Below are positions 1-8,557 of a stretch of 46,467 nt of DNA, in pieces. The translations under genes and the position numbers were made by a program. The stretch spans positions 1 to 46,467 of IMG/VR virus record IMGVR_UViG_3300047561_001118; one strand, written 5' to 3'. Position 1 is the stretch's first letter. Each line of letters starts with the position of its first letter. The notes beneath the pieces were generated by a model, which saw nothing but the letters and a program-made list of their open reading frames with translations, was not told the origin of the DNA and did no database searches. Source of the DNA: a virus (lineage: Duplodnaviria > Caudoviricetes).

Positions 1-2
1 GT

Positions 3-245
3 TACAATGAATGGGTTCCAACTTTTGACAAAGATGGTAAAAAGATTGGGGAAGTTTGTCACTGGCGTGGTCCTGGTCATTTTAGGATTAGTAGTGCTAA
101 TAGCTATCACCGTATTGAAATGGTTGAAGGGATAACTGCTTGGACTATGTTCATGCCTGGCCCACAAAAGAGAGAATGGGGATTTTTAGTCAAAGATAAA
201 TGGATTCAAAATGAGCAATACTTTGAACAACGCCGTCATCAATAA
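3..245 (+). CDS. 5'-truncated cupin-like phage protein (C-terminal 80 aa)
   Basis: My translation of frame 3: YNEWVPTF...CHWRGPGHFR...SYHRIE...WTMFMPGPQKREWGF...RRHQ*, stop TAA 243-245. HRI/WTxFxxGPxxREWGF resembles phage cupin-fold proteins. Not in the ORF track. Confidence 0.6.
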   Translation, partial: YNEWVPTFDKDGKKIGEVCHWRGPGHFRISSANSYHRIEMVEGITAWTMFMPGPQKREWGFLVKDKWIQNEQYFEQRRHQ

Positions 246-609
246 TCAATACGTAACAACAACTACAGGTACAAGTGCCATCCCGGGTAACGGATCAGTC
301 ATTACCACTAACGGCACTGGGCAATCTTATTACACTAACCCACATGGAAATCACTGGAACACTACCAATCAAAATCAATTATTTCAAATTCATCAATCCA
401 ACCCCCCTAACTTGGAAGTTAAAGGTCGAGTAGTTATTAATGGTGTAGACTTGGAGGAACGGCTAAGAAATATTGAAAAAGTCTTGCTTATTCCTGAACG
501 TGATGTTACACTAGAAAACAAGTACCCAAAGCTGAAAAAACTCTACGATCAGTATATGACAGCATTGGGCAAATATAGAACATTCGAATCACTTAAAGGA
601 GACGAATGA
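211..609 (+). CDS. hypothetical protein (Thr/Asn-rich N-terminus, helical C-terminus)
   Basis: 132 aa ORF, ATGA overlap with the next gene. Confidence 0.75.
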   Translation: MSNTLNNAVINNQYVTTTTGTSAIPGNGSVITTNGTGQSYYTNPHGNHWNTTNQNQLFQIHQSNPPNLEVKGRVVINGVDLEERLRNIEKVLLIPERDVTLENKYPKLKKLYDQYMTALGKYRTFESLKGDE

Positions 610-983
610 TGTCAGATTTAACAAGGGCATTAGATGATGGACGAGCTCCGTGGAAAGAAATTGAATACAGAACCAAAAAATACTGGGTCTTCAAAGACGG
701 CTACCCGGTATCGGAAGGACATTTGCTATTTGTGCCAACCGAAAAAAAACTTGAAAACTTGGTTTCGTGTTTCCAAGCAGCATACAAATTTGGCTACGAC
801 GGAATGGTCCAAGAAAAATGGGACGGCTTTAACGTCGGGCAAAACTGTGGCGAGGCTGCTGGCCAAACCGTGAGCTATCCCCACGTACATTTGATCCCGC
901 GTCGTAAAGGTGATGTCAAAGATCCCAGCGGTGGCGTTAGGCACGTTATTCCAAAGAAGGCCAAATACAAACGTGACCAATGA
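606..983 (+). CDS. HIT-family nucleotide hydrolase
   Basis: DGYPVSEGHLLFVP, GFNVGQNCGEAAGQTV and YPHVHLIPRR motifs. Confidence 0.9.
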   Translation: MMSDLTRALDDGRAPWKEIEYRTKKYWVFKDGYPVSEGHLLFVPTEKKLENLVSCFQAAYKFGYDGMVQEKWDGFNVGQNCGEAAGQTVSYPHVHLIPRRKGDVKDPSGGVRHVIPKKAKYKRDQ

Positions 984-1173
984 CATAAAAATTACTTGGG
1001 TTTATCAAGATAAAATTTGGTGGGATACTGTCTGCGTCAAGGTAATTGAAGCATTTGGAACACCAGGTAAAAAATATATAACCTCAGTATGTGAGAATCA
1101 TTTAATCTTTAAATTTCATTCCGATAAAGATGCCACCATGTGTCGCTTATTGCTAGGCGAATTTATTCAATAA
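973..1173 (+). CDS. small hypothetical protein
   Basis: ORF track 910..1173; the in-frame GTG at 973 avoids a long overlap with the HIT gene. Confidence 0.6.
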   Translation: MTNDIKITWVYQDKIWWDTVCVKVIEAFGTPGKKYITSVCENHLIFKFHSDKDATMCRLLLGEFIQ

Positions 1174-1176
1174 AGT

Positions 1177-1205
1177 TTGACAACAACCTAAATAACCTAT
1201 ATAAT
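1177..1205 (+). promoter_or_regulatory. sigma70 promoter for folE with nested TAAATA late-type box
   Basis: TTGACA (1177-1182), N17, TATAAT (1200-1205); TAAATA at 1189-1194; TAAGGA SD before ATG 1226. Confidence 0.85.
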
Positions 1206-1225
1206 ATAGTGAATAAGGAATTACT

Positions 1226-1921
1226 ATGGCTGAAAAAAATCTAGCACAAGTATTGCGTGAACGTATGCGTCGAGACGGTAAAAGGTTCTGGGCCGGTGAC
1301 AATATTAGCGATTACGTTCAAGAAAATTTCAAAGACGATCTTATCAACGACGCTACTAAGGCATTCGAATCTGTGCTCGATTCATTACTGATTGACAGAG
1401 AAACTGATCCTAACAGTAAAGGAACTGCTCGACGATTGGCTAAAATGTATTTTAACGAAATTATGGCAGGGCGATATGATCCTGCCCCTAATGCTACCAG
1501 CTTTCCTAACGAAGGCGAAGATGCTTACACTGGCATGTTGGTAGTACGCAGTGAACTTCGTAGTATGTGTAGTCATCATCATCAACCAGTAAATGGTGTT
1601 GCTTATATTGGAATTATTCCAAATGGCAAGGTGATTGGCTTATCAAAATATACAAGGATTGCTCAGTGGTGTGCTCGTAGGGGAACTTTACAAGAAGAAC
1701 TTTGTAACGACATTGCTAGAGAGATTTCCCTAGCGACCGATAGTAAAAATGTTGGTGTTTATATACAGGCCACTCACGGATGTTGCGAGAACAGAGGAAT
1801 TATGGCACATTCCAGTCTCACGCAAACCACAGTCTTAAAAGGTGCATTCAAAGACGATGTGGGCACTAAGAAGGAGTTTTTTGATAACATTAAACTCCAA
1901 CAAGATTTTGCACCAAGATAA
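1226..1921 (+). CDS. folE: GTP cyclohydrolase I
   Basis: TARRLAKMY, SMCSHHHQP, GLSKYTRI, LQEEL, HGCCENRG motifs with Zn ligands retained. Confidence 0.96.
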   Translation: MAEKNLAQVLRERMRRDGKRFWAGDNISDYVQENFKDDLINDATKAFESVLDSLLIDRETDPNSKGTARRLAKMYFNEIMAGRYDPAPNATSFPNEGEDAYTGMLVVRSELRSMCSHHHQPVNGVAYIGIIPNGKVIGLSKYTRIAQWCARRGTLQEELCNDIAREISLATDSKNVGVYIQATHGCCENRGIMAHSSLTQTTVLKGAFKDDVGTKKEFFDNIKLQQDFAPR

Positions 1922-1934
1922 CTAAGGAAATATT

Positions 1935-2093
1935 ATGGAAACTCAAAAGAAAGTTGGAACTTGTGGCTGCGGTCGTAGCCCTACTGGTGATTGCATTGGC
2001 TGGCACGGTCTTACCGAAGCCATGTACCAAACTAAATTGGCAGAATGGCAACACAAAGAACAGGTTAAACAGGAACAATCTAAATCATGTTGA
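1935..2093 (+). CDS. 52 aa CDGSH-like putative iron-sulfur mini protein
   Basis: METQKKVGTCGCGRSPTGDCIGWHGLTEAMYQTKLAEWQHKEQVKQEQSKSC*; TAAGGA SD at 1923-1928; fills the folE-2087 gap; below the ORF-track length cutoff. Confidence 0.75.
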   Translation: METQKKVGTCGCGRSPTGDCIGWHGLTEAMYQTKLAEWQHKEQVKQEQSKSC

Positions 2094-2386
2094 ATTGGCT
2101 TAGACTAAAAATTCTTCGTTGGTTGGAAGAGGATGGTCCTGAACGAGGAGATAGACAAACCAAAGCAGGTCTTAGATTGATTGCCGCCAGCGATAGCAAT
2201 AGTGTAGAAGACGATCCTGTACTAAGGTTCAAAGTATACTCTGCTATTGGTGGAAAAATTGTAGAATTTAGTCGCTATGATCGCAGAGCTGATCGAAGTG
2301 ATCATACTCTTTATATTATTTCTAACGAAGAAGATTTTGGACAGCGCATTGCTAAAATCGCCACATTGGAGAACTTGAAGACGTGA
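2087..2386 (+). CDS. hypothetical protein
   Basis: 99 aa ORF in a tightly coupled operon. Confidence 0.75.
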   Translation: MLNWLRLKILRWLEEDGPERGDRQTKAGLRLIAASDSNSVEDDPVLRFKVYSAIGGKIVEFSRYDRRADRSDHTLYIISNEEDFGQRIAKIATLENLKT

Positions 2387-2724
2387 ACTCACAACAACCA
2401 GCTGAAGGTATTTTAATCCATCGTGACTTTGGTAATACCAAACTGTATCAATCAGTTTGCCAATGTTTTGATAACGATTGTAATCATTATATCAGTGTTG
2501 AAGCAGATGACACCACAGTGAATGTAACTATATCCACTGAACAGAAAACTAATTTCTGGGATAAGACACGATGGCATCATATTTGGACTTTATTAACTAA
2601 AGGTCATATTAAACAAGAAGGCACAATTATTTTATCCAAACAACAAGCATTTAACTATGCAAGTGTGTTACAATCAGCTGTTAAAGATGTAGAGGAGTTT
2701 CAACGTGAAAGACTCGATAAATGA
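2383..2724 (+). CDS. hypothetical protein (CxCxxxxCxH possible metal site)
   Basis: 113 aa, GTGA overlap; CQCFDNDCNH. Confidence 0.7.
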   Translation: MNSQQPAEGILIHRDFGNTKLYQSVCQCFDNDCNHYISVEADDTTVNVTISTEQKTNFWDKTRWHHIWTLLTKGHIKQEGTIILSKQQAFNYASVLQSAVKDVEEFQRERLDK

Positions 2725-2977
2725 AGTAATGAGTATTCTTCAAGAAGAATGTGCTGAAGTTATTCAAGCGGTAAGTAAGATCAATCGCTTTGGCATGGAC
2801 AATCGTAAACCTGGTGAAATCAAAACTAATCGACAACATTTAGAAGAAGAACTAGGCGATTTGGTGGCAATGATTACTCTGTTAGAAATGAATGGCGTAA
2901 TCAGTCAATACAATATCGAAAAGGCTAAACTGGCTAAATTTGAAAAACTTAAAAAGTGGTCTACCATATATGAGTAA
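2705..2977 (+). CDS. MazG-like NTP pyrophosphohydrolase
   Basis: LQEECAEVIQA and LEEELGDLVAM acidic metal-binding motifs; 90 aa single domain. Confidence 0.88.
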   Translation: MKDSINEVMSILQEECAEVIQAVSKINRFGMDNRKPGEIKTNRQHLEEELGDLVAMITLLEMNGVISQYNIEKAKLAKFEKLKKWSTIYE

Positions 2978-3827
2978 AATTAAAATTAGTGAACTATTTT
3001 ATAGCATACAAGGTGAAGGACGCTATATGGGCGTGCCTTCTATCTTTTTACGTACATTTGGCTGTAACTTTACCTGTGATGGGTTTGGTATGCCACGTGG
3101 CGAAAAAAGCGTAGAAAGAATAAACGTAGCATTAACCGATGAAGAACGACCTTTTAAGAACTACAAAGAGTTGCCTCTTGTATCTACAGGTTGTGATAGC
3201 TACGCTAGTTGGGATCCTAACTTCAAACACCTTAGCCCTTTATATGAAGTCAGTGCTCTGGCCAAAGGAATTGTAGACCTATTACCATATAAAACGTGGC
3301 ATGACGAACATCTTGTTATCACAGGCGGAGAACCATTACTAGGGTGGCAACGCAGCTATCCTGAACTGTTAGATCAAGACGTAATGATTCGATTGCGTCA
3401 TTTAACTTTTGAAACTAATGGCACTCAGAAATTAACTCCAGAATTTAAAAATTACTTAATTAATTGGAGTGACAAGCTTTCTAAACAAAGAGAAGTTACA
3501 TTCAGTGTCAGTGCTAAACTGCCAGTGAGTGGAGAAAAATGGGAGGAGGCTATACTTCCCGAAGTAGTATGCGACTATGAAAAAGTTGGTTATACTTACT
3601 TAAAATTTGTCATAGCATCTGAAGAGGATTTAGCGGATGCTAAACAAGCAGTAGAACAATATAGAAATAGTGGCTTTAAAGGCGCTGTGTATATTATGCC
3701 TATTGGCGGTGTTGAACGGGTATACAGTCTTAATAATAGGCATGTGGCAGAAATGGCCTTGCGAGAAGGATGGCGGTACAGTGACCGACTTCAAGTGCCA
3801 TTATTTAAAAACGAATGGGGAACCTAA
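2970..3827 (+). CDS. queE: 7-carboxy-7-deazaguanine synthase (radical SAM)
   Basis: ISELFYSIQGEG, PSIFLRTFGCN, VITGGEPLL, FETNGT, YSDRLQV; start moved to ATG 2970; folE in the same cluster. Confidence 0.88.
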   Translation: MSKIKISELFYSIQGEGRYMGVPSIFLRTFGCNFTCDGFGMPRGEKSVERINVALTDEERPFKNYKELPLVSTGCDSYASWDPNFKHLSPLYEVSALAKGIVDLLPYKTWHDEHLVITGGEPLLGWQRSYPELLDQDVMIRLRHLTFETNGTQKLTPEFKNYLINWSDKLSKQREVTFSVSAKLPVSGEKWEEAILPEVVCDYEKVGYTYLKFVIASEEDLADAKQAVEQYRNSGFKGAVYIMPIGGVERVYSLNNRHVAEMALREGWRYSDRLQVPLFKNEWGT

Positions 3828-4492
3828 TGAAAACTTTACTTGAAATTTTTGAAAATGATCTAACATTACATTGTGACAAATACCTTCCGTATTTTCCAGT
3901 GTACGAACAATTCTTTGCCAAATACAGGAACCAAGACCTTACTTTTATTGAAGTAGGCGTTCAAGGCGGTGGTAGTTTGCAAATGTGGCGTAAATATTTT
4001 GGCGATACTGCTAGAATTATTGGTGTTGACGTAGACGAAGGTGTACTACAACGCAAAGCAGAAAATGTGGAAATCTTTATTGGCAATCAAGAAGATGCTC
4101 TTTTCTGGGCTAACTTCATTCCACACGTAGGCAATATTGATGTGTTTTTAGATGACGGCGGTCATCAAATGAATCAACAAATTGTAACCTTAAATGCTAT
4201 TTGGCCAAAGATCGCCATTGGCGGTGTTTACATGATTGAAGACACTCATACCAGTTACTTCAATGACTGGGGTAATGGCTTATATCGTCCTCATACTATG
4301 ATGGAATATAGTAAGAAAATTATTGACATGGTCAATCTTAATCATTGGCAGGAACATCCTGCTGATCAAAATGTATTTAGATTTAATGATCTAGCTAGCG
4401 TAAGCTATTATAATAGCATGATTGTGTTCACCAAGGGTCAACAACCTTGGATTAGACCTAATCCTTATCCTAATCCATTAGCAGGACGTTAA
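3827..4492 (+). CDS. class I SAM-dependent methyltransferase (sugar O-methyltransferase-like)
   Basis: FIEVGVQGGGSLQMW, IIGVD, FLDDGGH, GGVYMIEDTHTSY; TAATG coupling to queE. Confidence 0.85.
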   Translation: MKTLLEIFENDLTLHCDKYLPYFPVYEQFFAKYRNQDLTFIEVGVQGGGSLQMWRKYFGDTARIIGVDVDEGVLQRKAENVEIFIGNQEDALFWANFIPHVGNIDVFLDDGGHQMNQQIVTLNAIWPKIAIGGVYMIEDTHTSYFNDWGNGLYRPHTMMEYSKKIIDMVNLNHWQEHPADQNVFRFNDLASVSYYNSMIVFTKGQQPWIRPNPYPNPLAGR

Positions 4493-4941
4493 TGAAAAAT
4501 TTCTTAAAGAAGTTATTTGGTATTGACAAAATAGAAGAATCAATTGAGCTAATAAAAAAAGTAAAAGAAGCCAAAGAAGCCGAACTAGCTCAAGCTGAAG
4601 AAGCTGCTAAAAAAGCTTTGGAAGAAGAAGCTATTGCTAAAATGAGTCCCAAGGAACGTGCCACACAACGTGGCGAACCTTGGGTAGGTGTGTTGGAAAC
4701 ACACATCAATAAGGAAAACGTTCGTAATGGATTCTTTGAACTTGACTGGAACGATGAATTCATTGTACAATTGAAGCAGGCAGGATACGGATATGACGCT
4801 GATCCACAAGAAGAAATTGTGGATCGTTGGTTCCGTGATCTTGCTCGCAATGTCCTAGCCGAGGAAGGTCAAGACATTGGACGTGGTGCAGGTTATATCA
4901 ACGTAAACAAACTTAATAGCGGAAGATCCGAAGTCAAATGA
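4492..4941 (+). CDS. hypothetical protein with N-terminal coiled coil
   Basis: 149 aa ORF coupled to both neighbours. Confidence 0.75.
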   Translation: MKNFLKKLFGIDKIEESIELIKKVKEAKEAELAQAEEAAKKALEEEAIAKMSPKERATQRGEPWVGVLETHINKENVRNGFFELDWNDEFIVQLKQAGYGYDADPQEEIVDRWFRDLARNVLAEEGQDIGRGAGYINVNKLNSGRSEVK

Positions 4942-5903
4942 CATACATTTTAGTCGATACTGCAAATACATTTTTTCGATCTAGACATGCAATTAATGGC
5001 AGTGCTGATATAAAACTTGGTATGGCTTTCCATATCACGTTGAATAGTATTAAAAAAGCATGGAATGACTTTGATGGCAGCCATTTAGTGTTCTGCCTCG
5101 AAGGTCGTAGCTGGCGTAAAGACTACTATACTCCTTATAAACGCAATAGAGCTGAAGCCAGGGCTGCTGCTACAGTAAAAGAGCAGGAAGAAGATCGTAT
5201 TTTCTGGGAAGCCTTTGATACTTTTAAAGATTTCATAGCAGAAAAGACTAATGCTACAGTATTGCAAAACTCTCAGCTAGAAGCAGATGATCTTATTGCT
5301 GGCTTCATCCAAGACCATCCTCACGACGATCATGTTATTATTAGCACAGATAGCGATTTTATTCAACTAATTGCTCCTAATGTACGTCAATATAACGGCA
5401 TTACCGAAACTACCTATACATATGAAGGTATTTTTGACAAAAAAGGCAAACGTGTAATTGATAAAAAAACTAATGCAGAAAAAGACTTAATTGATCCCGA
5501 ATGGGTGCTATTTGAAAAATGTATGCGTGGTGATCCTACCGACAATGTGTTCAGTGCTTATCCTAAGGTACGTAAAAATAAACTATTAGAAGCATATAAT
5601 GATCGTAATCGTCGTGGTTTTGCTTGGAATAACCTAATGCTACAACGGTGGGTGGATCATAACGGTGAAGAACATCGTGTATTAGATGATTATGAACGTA
5701 ATCGTAGACTTATCGATCTTAAACATCAACCCGATAATATAAAAGAACTCATTAAAGAAACTATTCACTCTAATGCTCAAGCTAAAAATATAAGTCAAGT
5801 TGGTATTAGACTTATGAAATTTTGTAATCTATACGACTTAAAAAGAATTACTGAAAATATTCAGCAATATGCTGAAGCATTTCAGGCCAACTATCCTAAA
5901 TAA
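4938..5903 (+). CDS. rnh: T4-type RNase H / 5'-3' exonuclease (FEN family)
   Basis: ILVD, SWRKDYYTPYKRNR, LEADDLIA, IISTDSDFIQL, GDPTDNV, RNRRLIDL. Confidence 0.92.
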   Translation: MTYILVDTANTFFRSRHAINGSADIKLGMAFHITLNSIKKAWNDFDGSHLVFCLEGRSWRKDYYTPYKRNRAEARAAATVKEQEEDRIFWEAFDTFKDFIAEKTNATVLQNSQLEADDLIAGFIQDHPHDDHVIISTDSDFIQLIAPNVRQYNGITETTYTYEGIFDKKGKRVIDKKTNAEKDLIDPEWVLFEKCMRGDPTDNVFSAYPKVRKNKLLEAYNDRNRRGFAWNNLMLQRWVDHNGEEHRVLDDYERNRRLIDLKHQPDNIKELIKETIHSNAQAKNISQVGIRLMKFCNLYDLKRITENIQQYAEAFQANYPK

Positions 5904-5913
5904 AGAGGTCATT

Positions 5914-6384
5914 ATGAATGTTCATGCTAAACCAGTCGTAGATGGTCTACTCTGGATCGTAGAAGAAGACGGTGTTAGAATCGGCACTCTACATAAAAAA
6001 GAAAATAATCAATATATGCTTAGTTCAAGAAACGGTGAATTAGTCTTTCCTAAAAAAACCGATGTAACTAAACAATTTGGTAAGGAATTTTTTGTTAAAG
6101 ACGTGGAAACCACCGTTTCAAGGGCTATGCCAAACGAATGTTATGGGTATCCTACTAAGTGGGAACCATTCAATAGCATGTATAACCTTAGGAAAAAACT
6201 TCCTTTGTTTACCAAAAGCAATCAAAGTAAAAGTTTGTTCTGTGCCGGCTATTATATTATTAAATTTCCAAAAAATTGGATCAAAAGCTTTTGCCCTAAA
6301 CTAATTACCATCGAAAGATATCCTTACGAAGGCCCTTTTAAAACTGAGGAAGAAGCAAGGGACTCATTGAATAATGCAAAGTAA
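5914..6384 (+). CDS. hypothetical protein
   Basis: ATG 5914 with GAGG SD; TAAATA at 5897-5902. Confidence 0.75.
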   Translation: MNVHAKPVVDGLLWIVEEDGVRIGTLHKKENNQYMLSSRNGELVFPKKTDVTKQFGKEFFVKDVETTVSRAMPNECYGYPTKWEPFNSMYNLRKKLPLFTKSNQSKSLFCAGYYIIKFPKNWIKSFCPKLITIERYPYEGPFKTEEEARDSLNNAK

Positions 6385-6619
6385 AACTATTAATACATTT
6401 CCTTTACAACAGTTCATTGAGCAAGTAAAAATTGCCGACATGAGTCAACAAAAAGAAATTAAACTAGATATACGTACTGCTAAAGCATTAGCATTTACTA
6501 TTGGTGAAGTCAGTACTAAACTATTACAAGATTACGATAAGCTTTTAACAGAATTAAAATCTAACAATAACAATGACATATTTGAATTAAAAATGGATGG
6601 GGGTGGTTTTTCTTCTTGA
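6374..6619 (+). CDS. hypothetical protein
   Basis: 81 aa ORF ending MDGGGF. Confidence 0.7.
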   Translation: MQSKTINTFPLQQFIEQVKIADMSQQKEIKLDIRTAKALAFTIGEVSTKLLQDYDKLLTELKSNNNNDIFELKMDGGGFSS

Positions 6620-6654
6620 TTCTGAATAAATATATGTATATTCAGGATCACACA

Positions 6655-6945
6655 ATGAGTCGCCCAAAACCAAAAATTTTACTAGAACATACTAATAAGA
6701 AAAATTTTAAAACCGACCAAATCCTAGAAGCGGAAGCTATTTGGGCTGTATTCTATAACAATAAACCTTTTAACTTGAAAAGTTTTAGCAGTGTAATCAG
6801 TTATCCTGGACCTAAATATAAAAAGACAGCATTTAGCAATCCTGGTCATGCTATTAACTTAGCAAAAAAACTTAACTTAGAATTCCATTGCCAAGACTTT
6901 ACCGTAGTTGTACTAACTTCTGGTCAAAATCTTCGTAATGAATAG
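6655..6945 (+). CDS. hypothetical protein
   Basis: ATG 6655 after AGGA; TAAATA at 6627-6632. Confidence 0.75.
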   Translation: MSRPKPKILLEHTNKKNFKTDQILEAEAIWAVFYNNKPFNLKSFSSVISYPGPKYKKTAFSNPGHAINLAKKLNLEFHCQDFTVVVLTSGQNLRNE

Positions 6946-7336
6946 TCTAACATATACTAAAATATTCCTAACAACTAAAGAAAAATCATGCGATGAAGTC
7001 AATGTGAAACTTCATCATAAAATTTGGTGGCAAAATACTCGTACTAAAGCCAAAGGCGGACTACGTTTAACTGACAAGGGCTACGAATTTTTGGTAAAAG
7101 AATTGGATTTGAAAGAATACGAAATTCCATTTACCGAAGATATTGAACTGAGCCCCCAAATTATCATCTTTTTTGACCAGTTTTTGGACTGTCCTTACTA
7201 TCTTACCCATCGTAGTCTTACTGTTTTCTCCGAGAAAAAGGCTTTTGAACTACATATGTTCTCCGATGATATCCGCAAATTTGGCTTGATGAAAGCCATG
7301 AAAGCTAGGAGATCAGACGAAAAACCGCTTGACTAG
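6938..7336 (+). CDS. hypothetical protein
   Basis: 132 aa ORF; GLRLTDKGYEFL resembles a winged-helix wing. Confidence 0.7.
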   Translation: MNSLTYTKIFLTTKEKSCDEVNVKLHHKIWWQNTRTKAKGGLRLTDKGYEFLVKELDLKEYEIPFTEDIELSPQIIIFFDQFLDCPYYLTHRSLTVFSEKKAFELHMFSDDIRKFGLMKAMKARRSDEKPLD

Positions 7337-7357
7337 AACCGCAACTGGCCTTATAAT
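7329..7357 (+). promoter_or_regulatory. sigma70 promoter for the AAA ATPase
   Basis: TTGACT (7329-7334), N17, TATAAT (7352-7357). Confidence 0.8.
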
Positions 7358-7402
7358 AGAAACATAGCAGATTTATTTACTTACTAACAGAGGAAACAAG
7401 CT

Positions 7403-8494
7403 ATGTCCGAGATTATTAGTCGCACCGTTGGCCCCCGTGATGCCAAACGTTCAATTCTTAAATGCTTCAACAAGAAGCGCCCATTGTTCCTGTGGGGACC
7501 AGCTGGTATTGGTAAGAGCGATATCGTCAAACAAATTGGCGAAGATATTGGCGCTCATGTTATCGACATCCGCTTGAGTCTTTGGGAACCTACTGATATT
7601 AAAGGTGTTCCCTACTTTGACAGCAACTCTGGCAAAATGCTTTGGGCACCTCCCAGCGAACTGCCTGACGAAGAGTTGGCTAGCCAACATAAACAGATCA
7701 TCCTGTTCTTGGATGAGATGAACAGTGCTCCTGGTAGCACCCAAGCTGCCGCTTATCAACTGATTCTTAATCGTCGTATTGGCACTTATCGCTTGCCAGA
7801 CAATGTGGTAATTGTAGCTGCTGGTAACCGCGATGGTGACAAAGGCGTTACTTATCGCATGCCTGCTCCATTGAGCAATCGCTTTATTCACTTGGAACTG
7901 CGTGTTGATTGGGACGATTACGCTTTTTGGGCTACCGAAAATCGTATCCATAAAGATGTAGTTGGCTTTTTGACTTTCTCAAAGAAGGATCTTCATGACT
8001 TTGATCCAAAGTCTGCCTCAAAGGCATTTGCTACTCCACGTAGCTGGACCTTTGTTAGCGAACTGTTGGAAGATGACGACACTGACGAAAACACTCTGAC
8101 TAACCTTATTTCAGGTTCTGTCGGTGAAGGACTTGCTATTAAGTTTATGGCACATCGTAAAGTTGCCAGCAAGATGCCTAACCCCACTGACATTTTGAAT
8201 GGCAAGGTTAAGAAAATGGAATCGCGTGAGATCAGTGCCATGTACTCATTGGCAGTTAGCCTCTGCTACGAGCTCAAAGACTCTAGCGATAAGCGAGCAA
8301 AGACTTGGGACAAACAAGTCAATAACTTCTTCCGTTTCATCATGGACAATTTTGAAACTGAGTTGGTTATCATGAGCACTAAACTTGCTCTTACCCAATA
8401 TCAATTGCCCTTGGATCCGGACGAGATTGATTGCTTTGATGAGTTCCATGCAAAGTTTGGTAAGTACATTTCGGCAGCTACCGAAAAGAAGTAA
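7403..8494 (+). CDS. MoxR-like/dynein-related AAA+ ATPase
   Basis: Walker A GPAGIGKS, Walker B ILFLDE, sensor AAGN, PLSNRF arginine finger, ATPRSW. Confidence 0.92.
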   Translation: MSEIISRTVGPRDAKRSILKCFNKKRPLFLWGPAGIGKSDIVKQIGEDIGAHVIDIRLSLWEPTDIKGVPYFDSNSGKMLWAPPSELPDEELASQHKQIILFLDEMNSAPGSTQAAAYQLILNRRIGTYRLPDNVVIVAAGNRDGDKGVTYRMPAPLSNRFIHLELRVDWDDYAFWATENRIHKDVVGFLTFSKKDLHDFDPKSASKAFATPRSWTFVSELLEDDDTDENTLTNLISGSVGEGLAIKFMAHRKVASKMPNPTDILNGKVKKMESREISAMYSLAVSLCYELKDSSDKRAKTWDKQVNNFFRFIMDNFETELVIMSTKLALTQYQLPLDPDEIDCFDEFHAKFGKYISAATEKK

Positions 8495-8504
8495 AATCTA
8501 CCAC

Positions 8505-8533
8505 TTGACACCGCCTTCGGGCGGTGTTATACT
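8505..8533 (+). promoter_or_regulatory. sigma70 promoter whose spacer forms a C(UUCG)G hairpin
   Basis: TTGACA (8505-8510), N17, TATACT (8528-8533); ACACCGCC-TTCG-GGCGGTGT at 8508-8527. Confidence 0.8.
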
Positions 8534-8557
8534 ATATACATTATATAGGAGAGAATT

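Noticed and set aside
1890-2078. 62 aa minus-strand ORF from the track
   Set aside because: The plus-strand 1935-2093 ORF has an SD, a Cys/His motif and fits the operon direction
2970-3827. Anaerobic RNR activase (NrdG) call
   Set aside because: The SIQGEG motif, C-terminal RLQ and nearby folE favour QueE; no nrdD in the window
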